64,000 nt of DNA. It comes from an uncultured Clostridia bacterium. Its GTDB lineage: Bacteria > Bacillota > Clostridia > Oscillospirales > Acutalibacteraceae. Both the position numbers and the translations under genes were made by a program. The notes under the pieces were generated by a model. That model searched no databases. It was not told the origin of the DNA and saw only the letters and a program-made list of their open reading frames with translations. Location: positions 1,533-65,532 of the forward strand of contig CALAUI010000018.1 in the NCBI GenBank assembly GCA_937892115.1, in the 5' to 3' direction. Each line of letters opens with the position of its first letter. The stretch's first letter is position 1. Below, in pieces: positions 35,461-45,308 of this stretch.

Positions 35461-36707
35461 AATTGCAGTTCCTTTATTATACTGTCTGCGGTTTCTTCAA
35501 AGGATTCAACCTCAAAGATTCTGTCGCAGGTTTCTCTGTATATATCATATCTTTCGGCATAGAGCCGTGACAGAGCATTTGCATCCGAAGAAAGCGGTCT
35601 TGTGCCGTCCGCTTTCAGCTCGTCAACGGGTCTGTCAAGCAGGCAGATTATACCGTTTGATTTCAACAGACAGACATTTTCGCCCCTCAGTATACTTCCT
35701 CCGCCCGTTGCGATAACGAGCCCTTTCCGTGAGGAAAGCCGACGGATGATTTCGCTCTCTCTGTTTCTGAAATATTCCTCGCCCTCGGCAGAAAAAATCT
35801 CTTTTATTTCCCTGCCCTCTTCTTTGACGATAAGCTCATCCGTATCGGCAAATTCTCTGCCCGTTTTCTCTGCAATCAGCTTTCCGATGGCGGTTTTCCC
35901 CGACGTGGGCATACCCGTAAGCACGATATTTCTTTTGCAGTTGAGGACAGTCTGATAAACCTTCTCTGCTTTTTCATCGGGAATCTCTTCGCCGATAAAA
36001 TGCTTTACTGATTCAGCCGCCTGCATAACGAGCATATAGAGACCGCCTGCGGACTTAATCTTTTTATTTTCCCCGCTCTGCACAAGCGATGTTCTCAATG
36101 GATTGTAAATCGCATCCGCTATACCTTCAAGACACGGAAAGCAATCTGTATCAACGGGACACTCGTCAAAATCCGCAGGGTACATTCCCACGGGCGTACA
36201 ATTGATTATCACCTGAGTGTCTTTGTGATTTTTTACCGCTTCTTCGTAGGTGATACCTTCATTCTTTCCGCCTCGGCTCACCTTGAAAAAGCATCTTGCA
36301 TTTCTTCGTCCGCAAACCTCCGCGGCTGTTTTTGATGTGCCGCCCGTACCGAGAATAAGCACCTTTTTATCTTTTATTTCAATTCCCGTTTTGTCAAGGA
36401 GCTTTTCAAGCCCCGCAACGTCCGTATTATAGCCGTAAAGCTTTCCGTCACGGTTGACAACGGTATTGACCGCTCCTACCCTTCGGGCATCGGAATCAAT
36501 GAAATCCAGATACTTCATTACCTCCTGCTTGTAGGGAATGGTGACGTTTATGCCCGAGAAATTTCTTTCTGTAAAAAACGGCTCGAGTTCATCCGGCTCA
36601 AGAGGTATCAGCTTATATTCATAATCGGCAAGCAGGGCATGTATGGGAACGGAATAACTGTGACCGAGCTTTCTGCCGATACAGCCGAATATTCTGTTGT
36701 CAGCCAC
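35457..36707 (-). CDS. aroE: bifunctional shikimate dehydrogenase / shikimate kinase fusion
   Basis: The N-terminal half is AroE-like (GHSYSVPIH, NVTIPYK, GAVNT, GTGGTSK). The C-terminal half is AroK (LTGMPTSGKTAIGKLIAEKTGREFADTDE). Confidence 0.88.
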   Translation of the reverse strand: MADNRIFGCIGRKLGHSYSVPIHALLADYEYKLIPLEPDELEPFFTERNFSGINVTIPYKQEVMKYLDFIDSDARRVGAVNTVVNRDGKLYGYNTDVAGLEKLLDKTGIEIKDKKVLILGTGGTSKTAAEVCGRRNARCFFKVSRGGKNEGITYEEAVKNHKDTQVIINCTPVGMYPADFDECPVDTDCFPCLEGIADAIYNPLRTSLVQSGENKKIKSAGGLYMLVMQAAESVKHFIGEEIPDEKAEKVYQTVLNCKRNIVLTGMPTSGKTAIGKLIAEKTGREFADTDELIVKEEGREIKEIFSAEGEEYFRNRESEIIRRLSSRKGLVIATGGGSILRGENVCLLKSNGIICLLDRPVDELKADGTRPLSSDANALSRLYAERYDIYRETCDRIFEVESFEETADSIIKELQL

Positions 36708-36719
36708 AGCTTCTCCTCC

Positions 36720-37808
36720 TTATCTGAAAAAATCTCTGCCGTGCTCCGACATAATAATATCGCATAATACCAATGCGGTCACGGCGTTTACCACCGGTGC
36801 CGCTCTGTGAATAATTGCAGGGTCGTGTCTGCCGGAAACGGAAATTTCCGTATTTTCCATCGTATCGGTATTTACCGTCTGCTGAGTTTTCCCGATTGAC
36901 GGTGTGGGCTTTACGGCACATCTGAATACAATCGGCATACCGTTTGTAATTCCGCCGTCTATACCTCCCGCATTATTGGTAATGTGAGTTATTTTTCCGT
37001 CCGCAAAAGTAAGAGCGTCGTTATTTTCACTGCCTCTCATACCTGCCGAGGCAAATCCGCTGCCGAATTCAACGCCCTTGATTGCGGGAATTGAAAACAG
37101 AGCGTGAGAAAGCAGACCCTCAACCGTATCAAACCACGGCTCACCGATGCCCGCCTCCATACCGATGACGGCGGTTTCAAGAATACCGCCTACGGAATCC
37201 TTTTCCTCTTTTGCTTTGAGAATTTCCGCTTTCATTTCGCTTGCTTTATTATCGCAAAGTGCGGGAAATTCCTTTGCGGAAAGGGAAACGATATCGGCTT
37301 TGATATCATCAAATTTTATATCGGCAACACCTGCGCATTCCGAAATATGTGTACCGATATAAATTTCCTTGTCTTCAAGCACCTTTTTGCAGATTGCGCC
37401 TGCAGCAACCAGCGCAGCCGTTACTCTGCCCGAAAAGTGCCCGCCGCCTCTTTTATCCTGAAATCCGTTATACTTGCATTCCGCTGTGTAATCGGCGTGC
37501 CCGGGTCTGGGAACAGACGAAATGCCGTCGTAATCCTCCGTACGCACGTCACCGTTATTTATGACGATACATATCGGAGCGCCCGTGGTAAAGCCGTCCT
37601 TTACACCGCTGACGATGCTGAAATCATCATCTTCTCTTCTGGAAGTTGAAATATCGGGTGAGCCCGCTCTCTTTTTCAGTTCCGCCCTGATATAGCCGGT
37701 GTCGATATTTATTCCCGACGGCATACCGTCAAGCACCGCGCCGACGCACGGCCCGTGGCTTTCCCCGAAGAGAGTAATTATTACGTTTGTTCCGAAGCTG
37801 TTTTTCAT
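36720..37808 (-). CDS. aroC: chorismate synthase
   Basis: LFGESHG, RPGHADY and GRHDPA motifs. Start at ATG 37808 after AGAGGA. Confidence 0.92.
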   Translation of the reverse strand: MKNSFGTNVIITLFGESHGPCVGAVLDGMPSGINIDTGYIRAELKKRAGSPDISTSRREDDDFSIVSGVKDGFTTGAPICIVINNGDVRTEDYDGISSVPRPGHADYTAECKYNGFQDKRGGGHFSGRVTAALVAAGAICKKVLEDKEIYIGTHISECAGVADIKFDDIKADIVSLSAKEFPALCDNKASEMKAEILKAKEEKDSVGGILETAVIGMEAGIGEPWFDTVEGLLSHALFSIPAIKGVEFGSGFASAGMRGSENNDALTFADGKITHITNNAGGIDGGITNGMPIVFRCAVKPTPSIGKTQQTVNTDTMENTEISVSGRHDPAIIHRAAPVVNAVTALVLCDIIMSEHGRDFFR

Positions 37809-37809
37809 A

Positions 37810-39027
37810 TCATATCCTCTGAAAGTCAATTTCTCTTATTTCACATTCTCCGATATGCTCCGACCATACGGCACGGATTATGCCGGAATCCGACTTTTTA
37901 TCGTGACGGATAAGCTCGCGGAGTTTTTCGTCGGGAATATCGGTTTCGGTGGGAAGAGAGTATTTTTCAAGAAGAGGAACAAGTCTTTCCCTTACCTCAT
38001 CGGAACACATCCTGCACATACCGATTGCCACCGCTTCGCCGTGCAGCAGACCGCCTGCTTTTTCAACGGCGTGGCCGTAGGTATGACCGAAATTCAGTAT
38101 TCTGCGTATTCCCTTTTCCTTTTCGTCCTTTCTGACAATATTCCATTTCAACCGTATGCTTCTCTCAACGATTTCGTCGCGGATAATGTCAAAATCACTC
38201 TCTTCAATAAGTTCAAATAAGTTCTTATCAAGTATGACCGCCATTTTGATAATCTCCGCCATACCGTTTGATATCTGCCTTTCATCAAGGGTTGACAGCA
38301 AAGCGGTATCAACTATCACGCCCTTCGGCTGATTGAAAGCGCCGATTACATTCTTTACTCCGTTATAGTCAACCGCCGTTTTTCCTCCTATGGACGCATC
38401 CGCCTGGGCGAGAAGCGTAGTGGGAACATTATAGAAATCAATACCCCTCATATAGCAGGACGCGGCAAATCCCGTCAGATCGGAAACCACACCGCCTCCG
38501 ACTGCCACACAGCAATCCGAGCGGGTGAAATCATGCTGAAGCATTTTATCCCAGAGAAGCTTTACGTTTTCAAGGCACTTGCTTTCCTCTCCCCGGTCAA
38601 CCGTTACCGTAATTGCTTCTCTGCACTGTGAGGCAACGGCTTTTGCATATTCCTCAGGTACTCCCGAATCGGTGACGACAAGCACCTTACGGTCAAGGTC
38701 AAAGATTTCAGATGCTCTGTCAATAAGGTGTGAGCCGATTGAAATACCCGGTATTCTGCCGGTAAGCTCATACTGATAATCGCGCGATGCCTTCACGGTT
38801 TCTTTCAGAAAATGCTCACAGTAGGGCAGAAGCTCTTTGTCTTTTAGCCCCGAAAGGTTTTTTTCAATAAGCTGCTTTTCTCTTCCGGAATCGTATATGT
38901 CAATGCCGTTTTCCTTTTTATACTCTGCAATTTCTCTGACGGCACCCATACGGCACTCAAAAAGGGCTGTAAGCTCACCGTCGGTTTCGTCTATTATTTT
39001 TCTCGCTTCTTCAAGTCCCGTCGCCAT
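37810..39027 (-). CDS. aroB: bifunctional chorismate mutase (AroQ-type) / 3-dehydroquinate synthase fusion
   Basis: The N-terminal ~90 aa are CM-like (LEEARKIIDETDGELTALFECRM..). The remainder is AroB (GGGVVSDLTGFAAS, DASIGGKTAVD, NFGHTYGHA). Start at ATG 39027 after AAGGAGG. Confidence 0.85.
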   Translation of the reverse strand: MATGLEEARKIIDETDGELTALFECRMGAVREIAEYKKENGIDIYDSGREKQLIEKNLSGLKDKELLPYCEHFLKETVKASRDYQYELTGRIPGISIGSHLIDRASEIFDLDRKVLVVTDSGVPEEYAKAVASQCREAITVTVDRGEESKCLENVKLLWDKMLQHDFTRSDCCVAVGGGVVSDLTGFAASCYMRGIDFYNVPTTLLAQADASIGGKTAVDYNGVKNVIGAFNQPKGVIVDTALLSTLDERQISNGMAEIIKMAVILDKNLFELIEESDFDIIRDEIVERSIRLKWNIVRKDEKEKGIRRILNFGHTYGHAVEKAGGLLHGEAVAIGMCRMCSDEVRERLVPLLEKYSLPTETDIPDEKLRELIRHDKKSDSGIIRAVWSEHIGECEIREIDFQRI

Positions 39028-39037
39028 GGGTACCTCC

Positions 39038-39730
39038 TTATCTGATTTCTCCGTCAATGATAAGACGGTAATTTCCGCTTCCGATAACCTGCGCCATTTG
39101 CGCCGTTTCCCTTATTCTTTCCGTAACCGCGATACCCGCTCTGCCGAAATCGTCACCGCCGTGGATATCGCTTCCCGATATGAATTTAAGCTCTGAATTT
39201 TTGAAATATTCCTCTGCCTGAACGTTATCCGAGGGCAGATTCTGCGCATTGTAAATTTCTATTGCATCAAAAAATTCTTCTCCGTCAAAAACATCCGGGT
39301 CGGGAATATAGTCTCTGTGACGGAAGGGATGAGCCGCGGCAATAATGCCGTTATTGGCTCTTACGAAATCCCGCATTTCCGTAAGTGACATGGTAAGAAA
39401 CGAGGGGGTACTCAGAAACGCCTCCGGCTCAACACCGTAAATCAGCACTTCCTTACCCTGACGGTATGCTTCCTCAAGACCGAAAAGCACGTCAAAATCC
39501 TTACCCTCTGCGTGTTTCTTCGCTTTGAGATAATCATCAACGTATGCACGGATAAACTCCACGGGAGGCAGTCCTCTGTCAACACATGAATTACCGTGAT
39601 AAAAATGGTTGGTAAAAACCATACCGCTGAGTCCCTTTGAAACAGCGGCATCCACCATTTCCTCTGCCGATGAATAGCCGCAGGCACTGCAGCCGCTTGT
39701 ATGTGAATGCATCTCGTATTTGTAATACAT
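39038..39730 (-). CDS. PHP-domain metal-dependent phosphoesterase
   Basis: The N-terminal YEMHSHTS motif is typical of PHP/histidinol-phosphatase-like proteins. It is the first gene of the aro transcription unit. Confidence 0.7.
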   Translation of the reverse strand: MYYKYEMHSHTSGCSACGYSSAEEMVDAAVSKGLSGMVFTNHFYHGNSCVDRGLPPVEFIRAYVDDYLKAKKHAEGKDFDVLFGLEEAYRQGKEVLIYGVEPEAFLSTPSFLTMSLTEMRDFVRANNGIIAAAHPFRHRDYIPDPDVFDGEEFFDAIEIYNAQNLPSDNVQAEEYFKNSELKFISGSDIHGGDDFGRAGIAVTERIRETAQMAQVIGSGNYRLIIDGEIR

Positions 39731-39762
39731 ATCCTTACCTCTTGTATGCGGGTTGATATTTT

Positions 39763-39791
39763 ATTTTAATACAATAAACACATCTTTTCAA
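39763..39791 (-). promoter_or_regulatory. sigma-A-like promoter of the PHP-aro operon
   Basis: Minus strand TTGAAA-17 nt-TAAAAT, with a short leader. Confidence 0.5.
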
Positions 39792-39809
39792 TAATATGCA
39801 AATAAAAAG

Positions 39810-39838
39810 TTGAAAGCTTGTAAAATTTGGGGTAAAAT
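39810..39838 (+). promoter_or_regulatory. sigma-A-like promoter of the two-component operon
   Basis: TTGAAA-17 nt-TAAAAT. Confidence 0.5.
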
Positions 39839-39872
39839 AGAAGCATAAGTAAACGCAAAGGAGAGAGCAATA

Positions 39873-40553
39873 TTGAAAATCCTGATAGCAGACGACGAAA
39901 CCGCCATTTCCGAAGCGGTAGCTGACGTGCTTATTTTTCATAAATACCTTGTAGACGTTGTGAATAACGGCAAGGATGCCCTCGAATTTGCAAAGCTCGG
40001 AAACTATGACGGTATCATATTGGATATCATGATGCCCGGAATGGACGGAATACAGGTACTGGAAGCGCTGAGAAAAAGCGGCTGCCGTACTCCCGTAATG
40101 CTTCTTACCGCAAAAACACAGATTGAAGACAGAATCGCGGGTCTTGATGCAGGAGCAGACGATTACCTTCCCAAGCCCTTTGCCATGGGCGAGCTTGTGG
40201 CAAGAGTAAGGGCAATGCTTCGCCGCAAGGACGATTTTACTCCCGATGTAATCACCTGCGCCGACGTTGTTCTTAACCGTCAGAACAGTACCCTTTCCGC
40301 AAACGGAAAGTCATTTGTGCTGCCCAAGCTGGAATTCAGAATGATGGAAACCTTTATGACCAATAAGGGCGTTTATCTTTCAAGCGAAGACCTGCTGACC
40401 AGGGTGTGGGGCTATGACAGCAATGCCGAGCTTGGCACCGTATGGGTATATATCTCATATCTGAGAAAGAAGCTCATAGCCATAACCGACAAGGTTGAAA
40501 TCACCGCAAAAAGAAACGTGGGCTATATGTTAACGGAGAAAAGCAATGATTAA
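39873..40553 (+). CDS. OmpR-family response regulator
   Basis: MKILIADDE, DIMMPGMDG and LTAK motifs, with a winged-helix C-terminus. TTG start after AAAGGAGAG. Confidence 0.9.
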   Translation: MKILIADDETAISEAVADVLIFHKYLVDVVNNGKDALEFAKLGNYDGIILDIMMPGMDGIQVLEALRKSGCRTPVMLLTAKTQIEDRIAGLDAGADDYLPKPFAMGELVARVRAMLRRKDDFTPDVITCADVVLNRQNSTLSANGKSFVLPKLEFRMMETFMTNKGVYLSSEDLLTRVWGYDSNAELGTVWVYISYLRKKLIAITDKVEITAKRNVGYMLTEKSND

Positions 40554-41793
40554 AGCTCTTAAAAAGAAATTCGTCAGACTGGCGATGTCCGTAGTTACGA
40601 TACTGCTCCTTGCATTCATTGCGGCTATAAATATCACAAACTTTGTTTCATCCCTAAACCGTTCACGCTCGGTCCTGAAATCCGTTATTAACGAGTATAA
40701 TTCCCACACGTCTTCCGATTATGAAAACGCAGAAAAAACGGAAGAGCCGCAAAAAGACGGCACGGGCTTTTCCTTCGGCGGAATCAGTGAGGATGATACA
40801 AAAAGAGCAGGAGTATTCAGAGTAGTTCTCGACTCAAACTCCAGCCCCATTTCGGCTGAAACAAACAATATCAAGACCGTTGACGATTTTGAAGCAAGAC
40901 TTTATGCGATAAATGCGGTCGATTCAAAAAAGAATCACGGAATGCTGGATAATTTTATCTTTGATATCAGCAAGACCGAAGGCGGAAGCATCATCACCTT
41001 CCTTGACGTTACCGAGAGCAACCGCTCCGTGCTGTTTATTCTTTCCGCATCCCTCGGCATAGGATTATTCTGTTGGCTGGCAATGTTTCTTGCCTTCAAT
41101 ATACTGAGCGAAAAAATAACCGGGCCGATAGCCGATAACCTGGAAAAGCAAAAGCAGTTCATATCCGATGCGGGGCACGAAATCAAAACACCTCTTGCAT
41201 CAATCAAGGCAAATGCGGAAGCACTTGAACTGTATAACGGCGAAAGCAAATGGTCAAAAAACATCCTCACTCAGACGGATAAGCTCTCTTCGCTCGTAAA
41301 AGAGCTGCTGGAGCTTTCAAGAACGGGTGAAGCGGCGGATAACCTTGAAATCAAAAGCATTGATCTGAGCGAGCTCGTCATGAAATCCGTTGACGACTTC
41401 AGCGAATACGCCATTTCAGACGGCAAGACGATTTCGGCGGATATTCAGGCAGATGTTAAAATCAAAAGCGATTCAAAATTCCTCATCAGAATCCTTGAGG
41501 TGCTTCTTGATAACGCGGTGAAATATTCATCTGAGGAAAGCACCGTAAAGGTAATGCTGAATAAGGACAGACATCAAACCGTGATCGCGGTTTCAAACAG
41601 ATGCGTAAGTCTTCCCGAATGCGAGCCGGAAAAACTCTTTGACCGCTTTTACAGAACGGATTCATCAAGAAGCACCGAGGGCTTCGGCATAGGTCTTTCC
41701 TCCGCAAAGGCGGCGGCTGAAACACTCGGCGGAGAGCTCTACTGCGAATATACAGAGCCGGACAGAATCACGTTCGTACTCAGATTTATATAA
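40546..41793 (+). CDS. sensor histidine kinase (two TM helices, HisKA + HATPase_c)
   Basis: H-box FISDAGHEIKTPLASI, N-box LLDNAVKYS, and G-box GFGIGLS. It overlaps the RR stop. Confidence 0.9.
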   Translation: MIKALKKKFVRLAMSVVTILLLAFIAAINITNFVSSLNRSRSVLKSVINEYNSHTSSDYENAEKTEEPQKDGTGFSFGGISEDDTKRAGVFRVVLDSNSSPISAETNNIKTVDDFEARLYAINAVDSKKNHGMLDNFIFDISKTEGGSIITFLDVTESNRSVLFILSASLGIGLFCWLAMFLAFNILSEKITGPIADNLEKQKQFISDAGHEIKTPLASIKANAEALELYNGESKWSKNILTQTDKLSSLVKELLELSRTGEAADNLEIKSIDLSELVMKSVDDFSEYAISDGKTISADIQADVKIKSDSKFLIRILEVLLDNAVKYSSEESTVKVMLNKDRHQTVIAVSNRCVSLPECEPEKLFDRFYRTDSSRSTEGFGIGLSSAKAAAETLGGELYCEYTEPDRITFVLRFI

Positions 41794-41794
41794 A

Positions 41795-41834
41795 AATTCA
41801 AGCCCGTGAGTAAAATCTCACGGGCTGTTTTTAT
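41795..41834. terminator. bidirectional intrinsic terminator
   Basis: AGCCCGTGAG-taaaat-CTCACGGGCT followed by GTTTTTATT, with an A-run upstream. Confidence 0.8.
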
Positions 41835-41839
41835 TCGGT

Positions 41840-43393
41840 TCAGAATGAGAAAATTCCTTTAAGCTTTGCAAGAATCTCATAGAAGAAATTGCGGATATTA
41901 TAGAAGAACGAAAGAATTTTCGCGGTGATATTATTGCTTTCCTCACCTGTTACGGGTGTAAGCGTTTTACTGCCGTTGCTGTATGTGAGGAACTGGGCAT
42001 ATTCACAGTCGGAAACGGTTTTCTGCTGCTTTTCATCCGCAAAATAAAATACGAAATCGGATGCTCCGCCCACGGGATAATCAACGTGACCCATATCACG
42101 GATAAACCACGTAATTTCGGGGAAAAGGCAGGTTGAAGCGTCAATCTGACCGTCCGGTGAAAGATAGTTCTTTTCGGGATAGAGCTTCTGCGTGTAGCCG
42201 TCACCCAGAGTTTCACCCAGAAGCGAGCAGGTCGCTCCGCCGCTTGCATAAACGCAGTCAATGAGGTAGTCATTATTTCCGTGACTGCCGGCGGGGGTTA
42301 CGGGAAGACCCGCCATATTATACTGAGCAAAGATATACATATTGGTGTCGTTCATTGCTTCTTCAATGATACTCTTTGCATTTTTCTGAATTTCGCGGTA
42401 GGTTTCCGTTCTTTCAAGAAGCTTCTCATCGGCACCGTCGGGGAACATAAACGCCATGTCGGCTTCATAGTCACCATCGGGAGCCATTGCCCACATACCG
42501 GGCATTGAGCCGAAAACGGGAACGAGAAGCTCGTCATAAAGGCGGTCCTTCACGGATATGACAAGGTCGTTTGCCCAATCGGATACCTTTGTATTAAAGC
42601 CGTTTTTATTCAGACCGTCGTTGAGATAATATATAATCTGCTCAAGGGTATCGTTTCTCGTAAGCTGTGCAAGGCGCTTGAAAAGCCCGTCAAGACTCAC
42701 CTCAATGTCGCCCTTATACAGCTCTCCCACAACGGACGTGCCCTGAAAAGCGGTTGAGCAGAATTCAACCGAGTCAACGTCCTTGCTGCCGTACTTAGCG
42801 AGATAGGCAAGAGTTACCGTGCCGCCCATACTGAAGCAGGCAAGGGCAAGGCGGTCGCATTTTGTTTCTTCCCTCACCTTTTTGATAAACAGATTCAGGT
42901 CGTCTGCGTGGTCAAGAGGGTCAAGCCGCCAGTCATAATTGAAGAAAAACGTGTTTTCCGCACCGTATTTCTTCATAGCGGCGTTGACGATGCCTTCCTC
43001 GTCCTTTTTTGCATCCTCAAAAGCGGTTTCGCCCACAAGGGAAGCAAAGGTGTCGGTATGTATATCCATAACCGAGGTGCCGTCGGGATTGCAGGCAATC
43101 ACGCCGAAAACATCCCTCAGTACAGGGAAAATTTTATCCGCTAATTTATCCGCGTCCTTTGTCACAAGGTAGCTCATCACGGGAGGAAGAAGCTTACCGA
43201 CCATTTCAAGAATCGTTGAGGTCGAAAGAGGATAAATCTTGTTGTCTTCACTGTCATAAAGAGGGAAAGTATTCATTCCGCTCACGGCGATGAATGCAGT
43301 CTTTTCCTCTGCGGCAAATCCCGTTACGCAGATACCGGAAAGCATTACGGCACAAAGCAGAATTGATATTACTGATTTTACTGTCTTTTTCAT
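41840..43393 (-). CDS. secreted LCAT-like alpha/beta-hydrolase (putative lipase/acyltransferase)
   Basis: Signal peptide MKKTVKSVISILLCAVMLSGICVTGFAA. LCAT-family FNYDWRLDP and nucleophile context ACFSMGGT. Start at ATG 43393 after GAGGAA. Confidence 0.7.
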   Translation of the reverse strand: MKKTVKSVISILLCAVMLSGICVTGFAAEEKTAFIAVSGMNTFPLYDSEDNKIYPLSTSTILEMVGKLLPPVMSYLVTKDADKLADKIFPVLRDVFGVIACNPDGTSVMDIHTDTFASLVGETAFEDAKKDEEGIVNAAMKKYGAENTFFFNYDWRLDPLDHADDLNLFIKKVREETKCDRLALACFSMGGTVTLAYLAKYGSKDVDSVEFCSTAFQGTSVVGELYKGDIEVSLDGLFKRLAQLTRNDTLEQIIYYLNDGLNKNGFNTKVSDWANDLVISVKDRLYDELLVPVFGSMPGMWAMAPDGDYEADMAFMFPDGADEKLLERTETYREIQKNAKSIIEEAMNDTNMYIFAQYNMAGLPVTPAGSHGNNDYLIDCVYASGGATCSLLGETLGDGYTQKLYPEKNYLSPDGQIDASTCLFPEITWFIRDMGHVDYPVGGASDFVFYFADEKQQKTVSDCEYAQFLTYSNGSKTLTPVTGEESNNITAKILSFFYNIRNFFYEILAKLKGIFSF

Positions 43394-43403
43394 ATTCATT
43401 TCC

Positions 43404-44351
43404 TCAATACACAACATTTACGGGATTCCCCGCGATAAATGCATCTATATTCTCCTTCACTATACCCATAAGGCGGCTTCTCGTTTCAAATCCTGCCCAT
43501 GCGATATGGGGAGTGATTGTAACGTTATCAAGACCGAAAAGAGGATTATCCGCCTTGGGCGGCTCAAATTCCATGACGTCAAGACCCGCCGCCGCAATAG
43601 TGCCGTTTCTGAGAGCATCGGCAAGAGCAGTCTCGTCAATAACAGGTCCTCTTGAGGTGTTTATTATCATGGCGGATTTTTTCATTTTGCCGAGAAATTC
43701 CGCATTCACCATGCCCTTGGTCGACGGGTTGAGAGGACAGTGCAGGGTAATGAAATCGGACCCGGCGATAAGCGTATCTCTGTCGGTAAACACAACATCT
43801 TTATACGGTGCGGGATGATTCGTATTTGCCAGCACCTTCATACCGAAGGCAAAAGCGATATCGGCAACCGCCTTTCCGATTTTACCGAATCCGATAATGC
43901 CGATAGTCTTATCCTTCAGCTCCCACAAGGGTGTTTCGCGGAAGCAGAAATCGGGATTTCTTGACCACGCACCGGAATGAACACTGTCGGAATGTATCGC
44001 CACACGGTTGGTAAATTCAAGAATATGAGCGAAGGTACACTGAGCCACCGCCTCGGTGGAATAGGTGGGAACATTGCATACGGGGATTCCCCTCTCCCTG
44101 CAGTATTCCCAGTCAACGATATTGAAGCCCGTGCTGAGCAGCCCTATGTATTTGAGATCCTTCAGCTTTGAAAGTGTCTCACGGGTGAGGGGCGTTTTGT
44201 TTGCGATTATCATATCGTATCCGTCGGCTCTTTCAAGCACGCGGTCTTCCTCCGTGCGGTCATAAACAGTATACTCACCGTATTCACCCAGCCATTCCCA
44301 CGAAAGATCGCCGGGGTTTTCCGCATAGCCGTCAATTACTACCGTTTTCAT
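43404..44351 (-). CDS. D-isomer-specific 2-hydroxyacid dehydrogenase (glycerate/hydroxypyruvate reductase-like)
   Basis: GIIGFGKIG NAD motif, with the downstream catalytic-region contexts NTSRG and PHIAW. Start at ATG 44351 after AAGGAAG. Confidence 0.85.
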   Translation of the reverse strand: MKTVVIDGYAENPGDLSWEWLGEYGEYTVYDRTEEDRVLERADGYDMIIANKTPLTRETLSKLKDLKYIGLLSTGFNIVDWEYCRERGIPVCNVPTYSTEAVAQCTFAHILEFTNRVAIHSDSVHSGAWSRNPDFCFRETPLWELKDKTIGIIGFGKIGKAVADIAFAFGMKVLANTNHPAPYKDVVFTDRDTLIAGSDFITLHCPLNPSTKGMVNAEFLGKMKKSAMIINTSRGPVIDETALADALRNGTIAAAGLDVMEFEPPKADNPLFGLDNVTITPHIAWAGFETRSRLMGIVKENIDAFIAGNPVNVVY

Positions 44352-45159
44352 TTGTATCTTCCTTTCCCGAAAAGAATTTATAAAGGACCTTTGCGACACC
44401 TTCATCCTCATTGGATGCGGTGATATAGTCTGCCTTTGATTTTACTTTTTCCGAAGCGTTTGCCATGGCAATTCCGAGCCCCGCATATTCAATCATACTC
44501 AGGTCGTTTTCACCGTCACCTACGGCTATCATTTCTTCCCGGTCAATGCCGTAGATTTCACCCAGCTTTTCCATTGCCTTTGCCTTTGACACCAGAGCAT
44601 TGCAGATTTCAAGATAGGCGGGATTTGAGGTGAAGCAGGAAACGGATTCAAAGCTTTCATTACCCATTATCTCAACAAACTGCTGTACTCTCTCTGTCTC
44701 GTCATACCAGAGAATTTTTGCGATTCCCTGAGAAATAAGTGCTTCGCAGTCAGTTACCTTTATGGGCTCAAGCCCCGAATGGCGTTTATATTTTTCCGTT
44801 CTTTCATTCAGAACGTTGCAATACAATTTTTCATCCGACCAGATGCACATCGTCGTACCCAGCGCATCGCCGAGGGCAAGGATTTTCCTCGCATCATCGG
44901 GATAAAGTCCTTGGGAATACAGCACCTCATCGGTTTTCAGGTCGATGATTTTTCCTCCGTTATAAACGATTGCGGAAGAATCAATGCCGTTAAGGAAATC
45001 ATATTTTCTGATTCCCGGTACGGGCCTTCCCGAGGATACCACAAATCTGATTCCTCTGTCGCATACGTCTCTGATTGCAGACAGAGTATTTTCGCTTATT
45101 TCGCCGTTATTTTTGAGCAAGGTGCCGTCCATATCAACGGCAATCAGTTTATATTTCAA
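44332..45159 (-). CDS. Cof-type HAD-IIB sugar phosphatase
   Basis: LIAVDMDGTLL and GDGENDLSM motifs. Start is probably TTG 45159 (8 nt after GGAG), not the track's GTG 45168. Confidence 0.82.
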   Translation of the reverse strand: MKYKLIAVDMDGTLLKNNGEISENTLSAIRDVCDRGIRFVVSSGRPVPGIRKYDFLNGIDSSAIVYNGGKIIDLKTDEVLYSQGLYPDDARKILALGDALGTTMCIWSDEKLYCNVLNERTEKYKRHSGLEPIKVTDCEALISQGIAKILWYDETERVQQFVEIMGNESFESVSCFTSNPAYLEICNALVSKAKAMEKLGEIYGIDREEMIAVGDGENDLSMIEYAGLGIAMANASEKVKSKADYITASNEDEGVAKVLYKFFSGKEDTNENGSN

Positions 45160-45234
45160 GCCGATCACTCCGTAATTTTATCCTTAATACTATATCACAA
45201 ACAGCGGCTGATTGCACCCCTTTTCAAAAAAATA

Positions 45235-45263
45235 TTGATTTATTCCCTATTTTATTATAAAAT
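45235..45263 (+). promoter_or_regulatory. sigma-A-like promoter
   Basis: TTGATT-17 nt-TAAAAT. Confidence 0.5.
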
Positions 45264-45308
45264 ATAGTGTATTTGTATTATTTAACCTGTCTGAAAGGAG
45301 GAATCAAG

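Noticed and set aside
39731-39872. A T-box, attenuator or riboswitch upstream of the aromatic amino-acid operon.
   Set aside because: The predicted leader between the -10 (39763) and the PHP start (39730) is only about 25 nt. It has no specifier or terminator structures.
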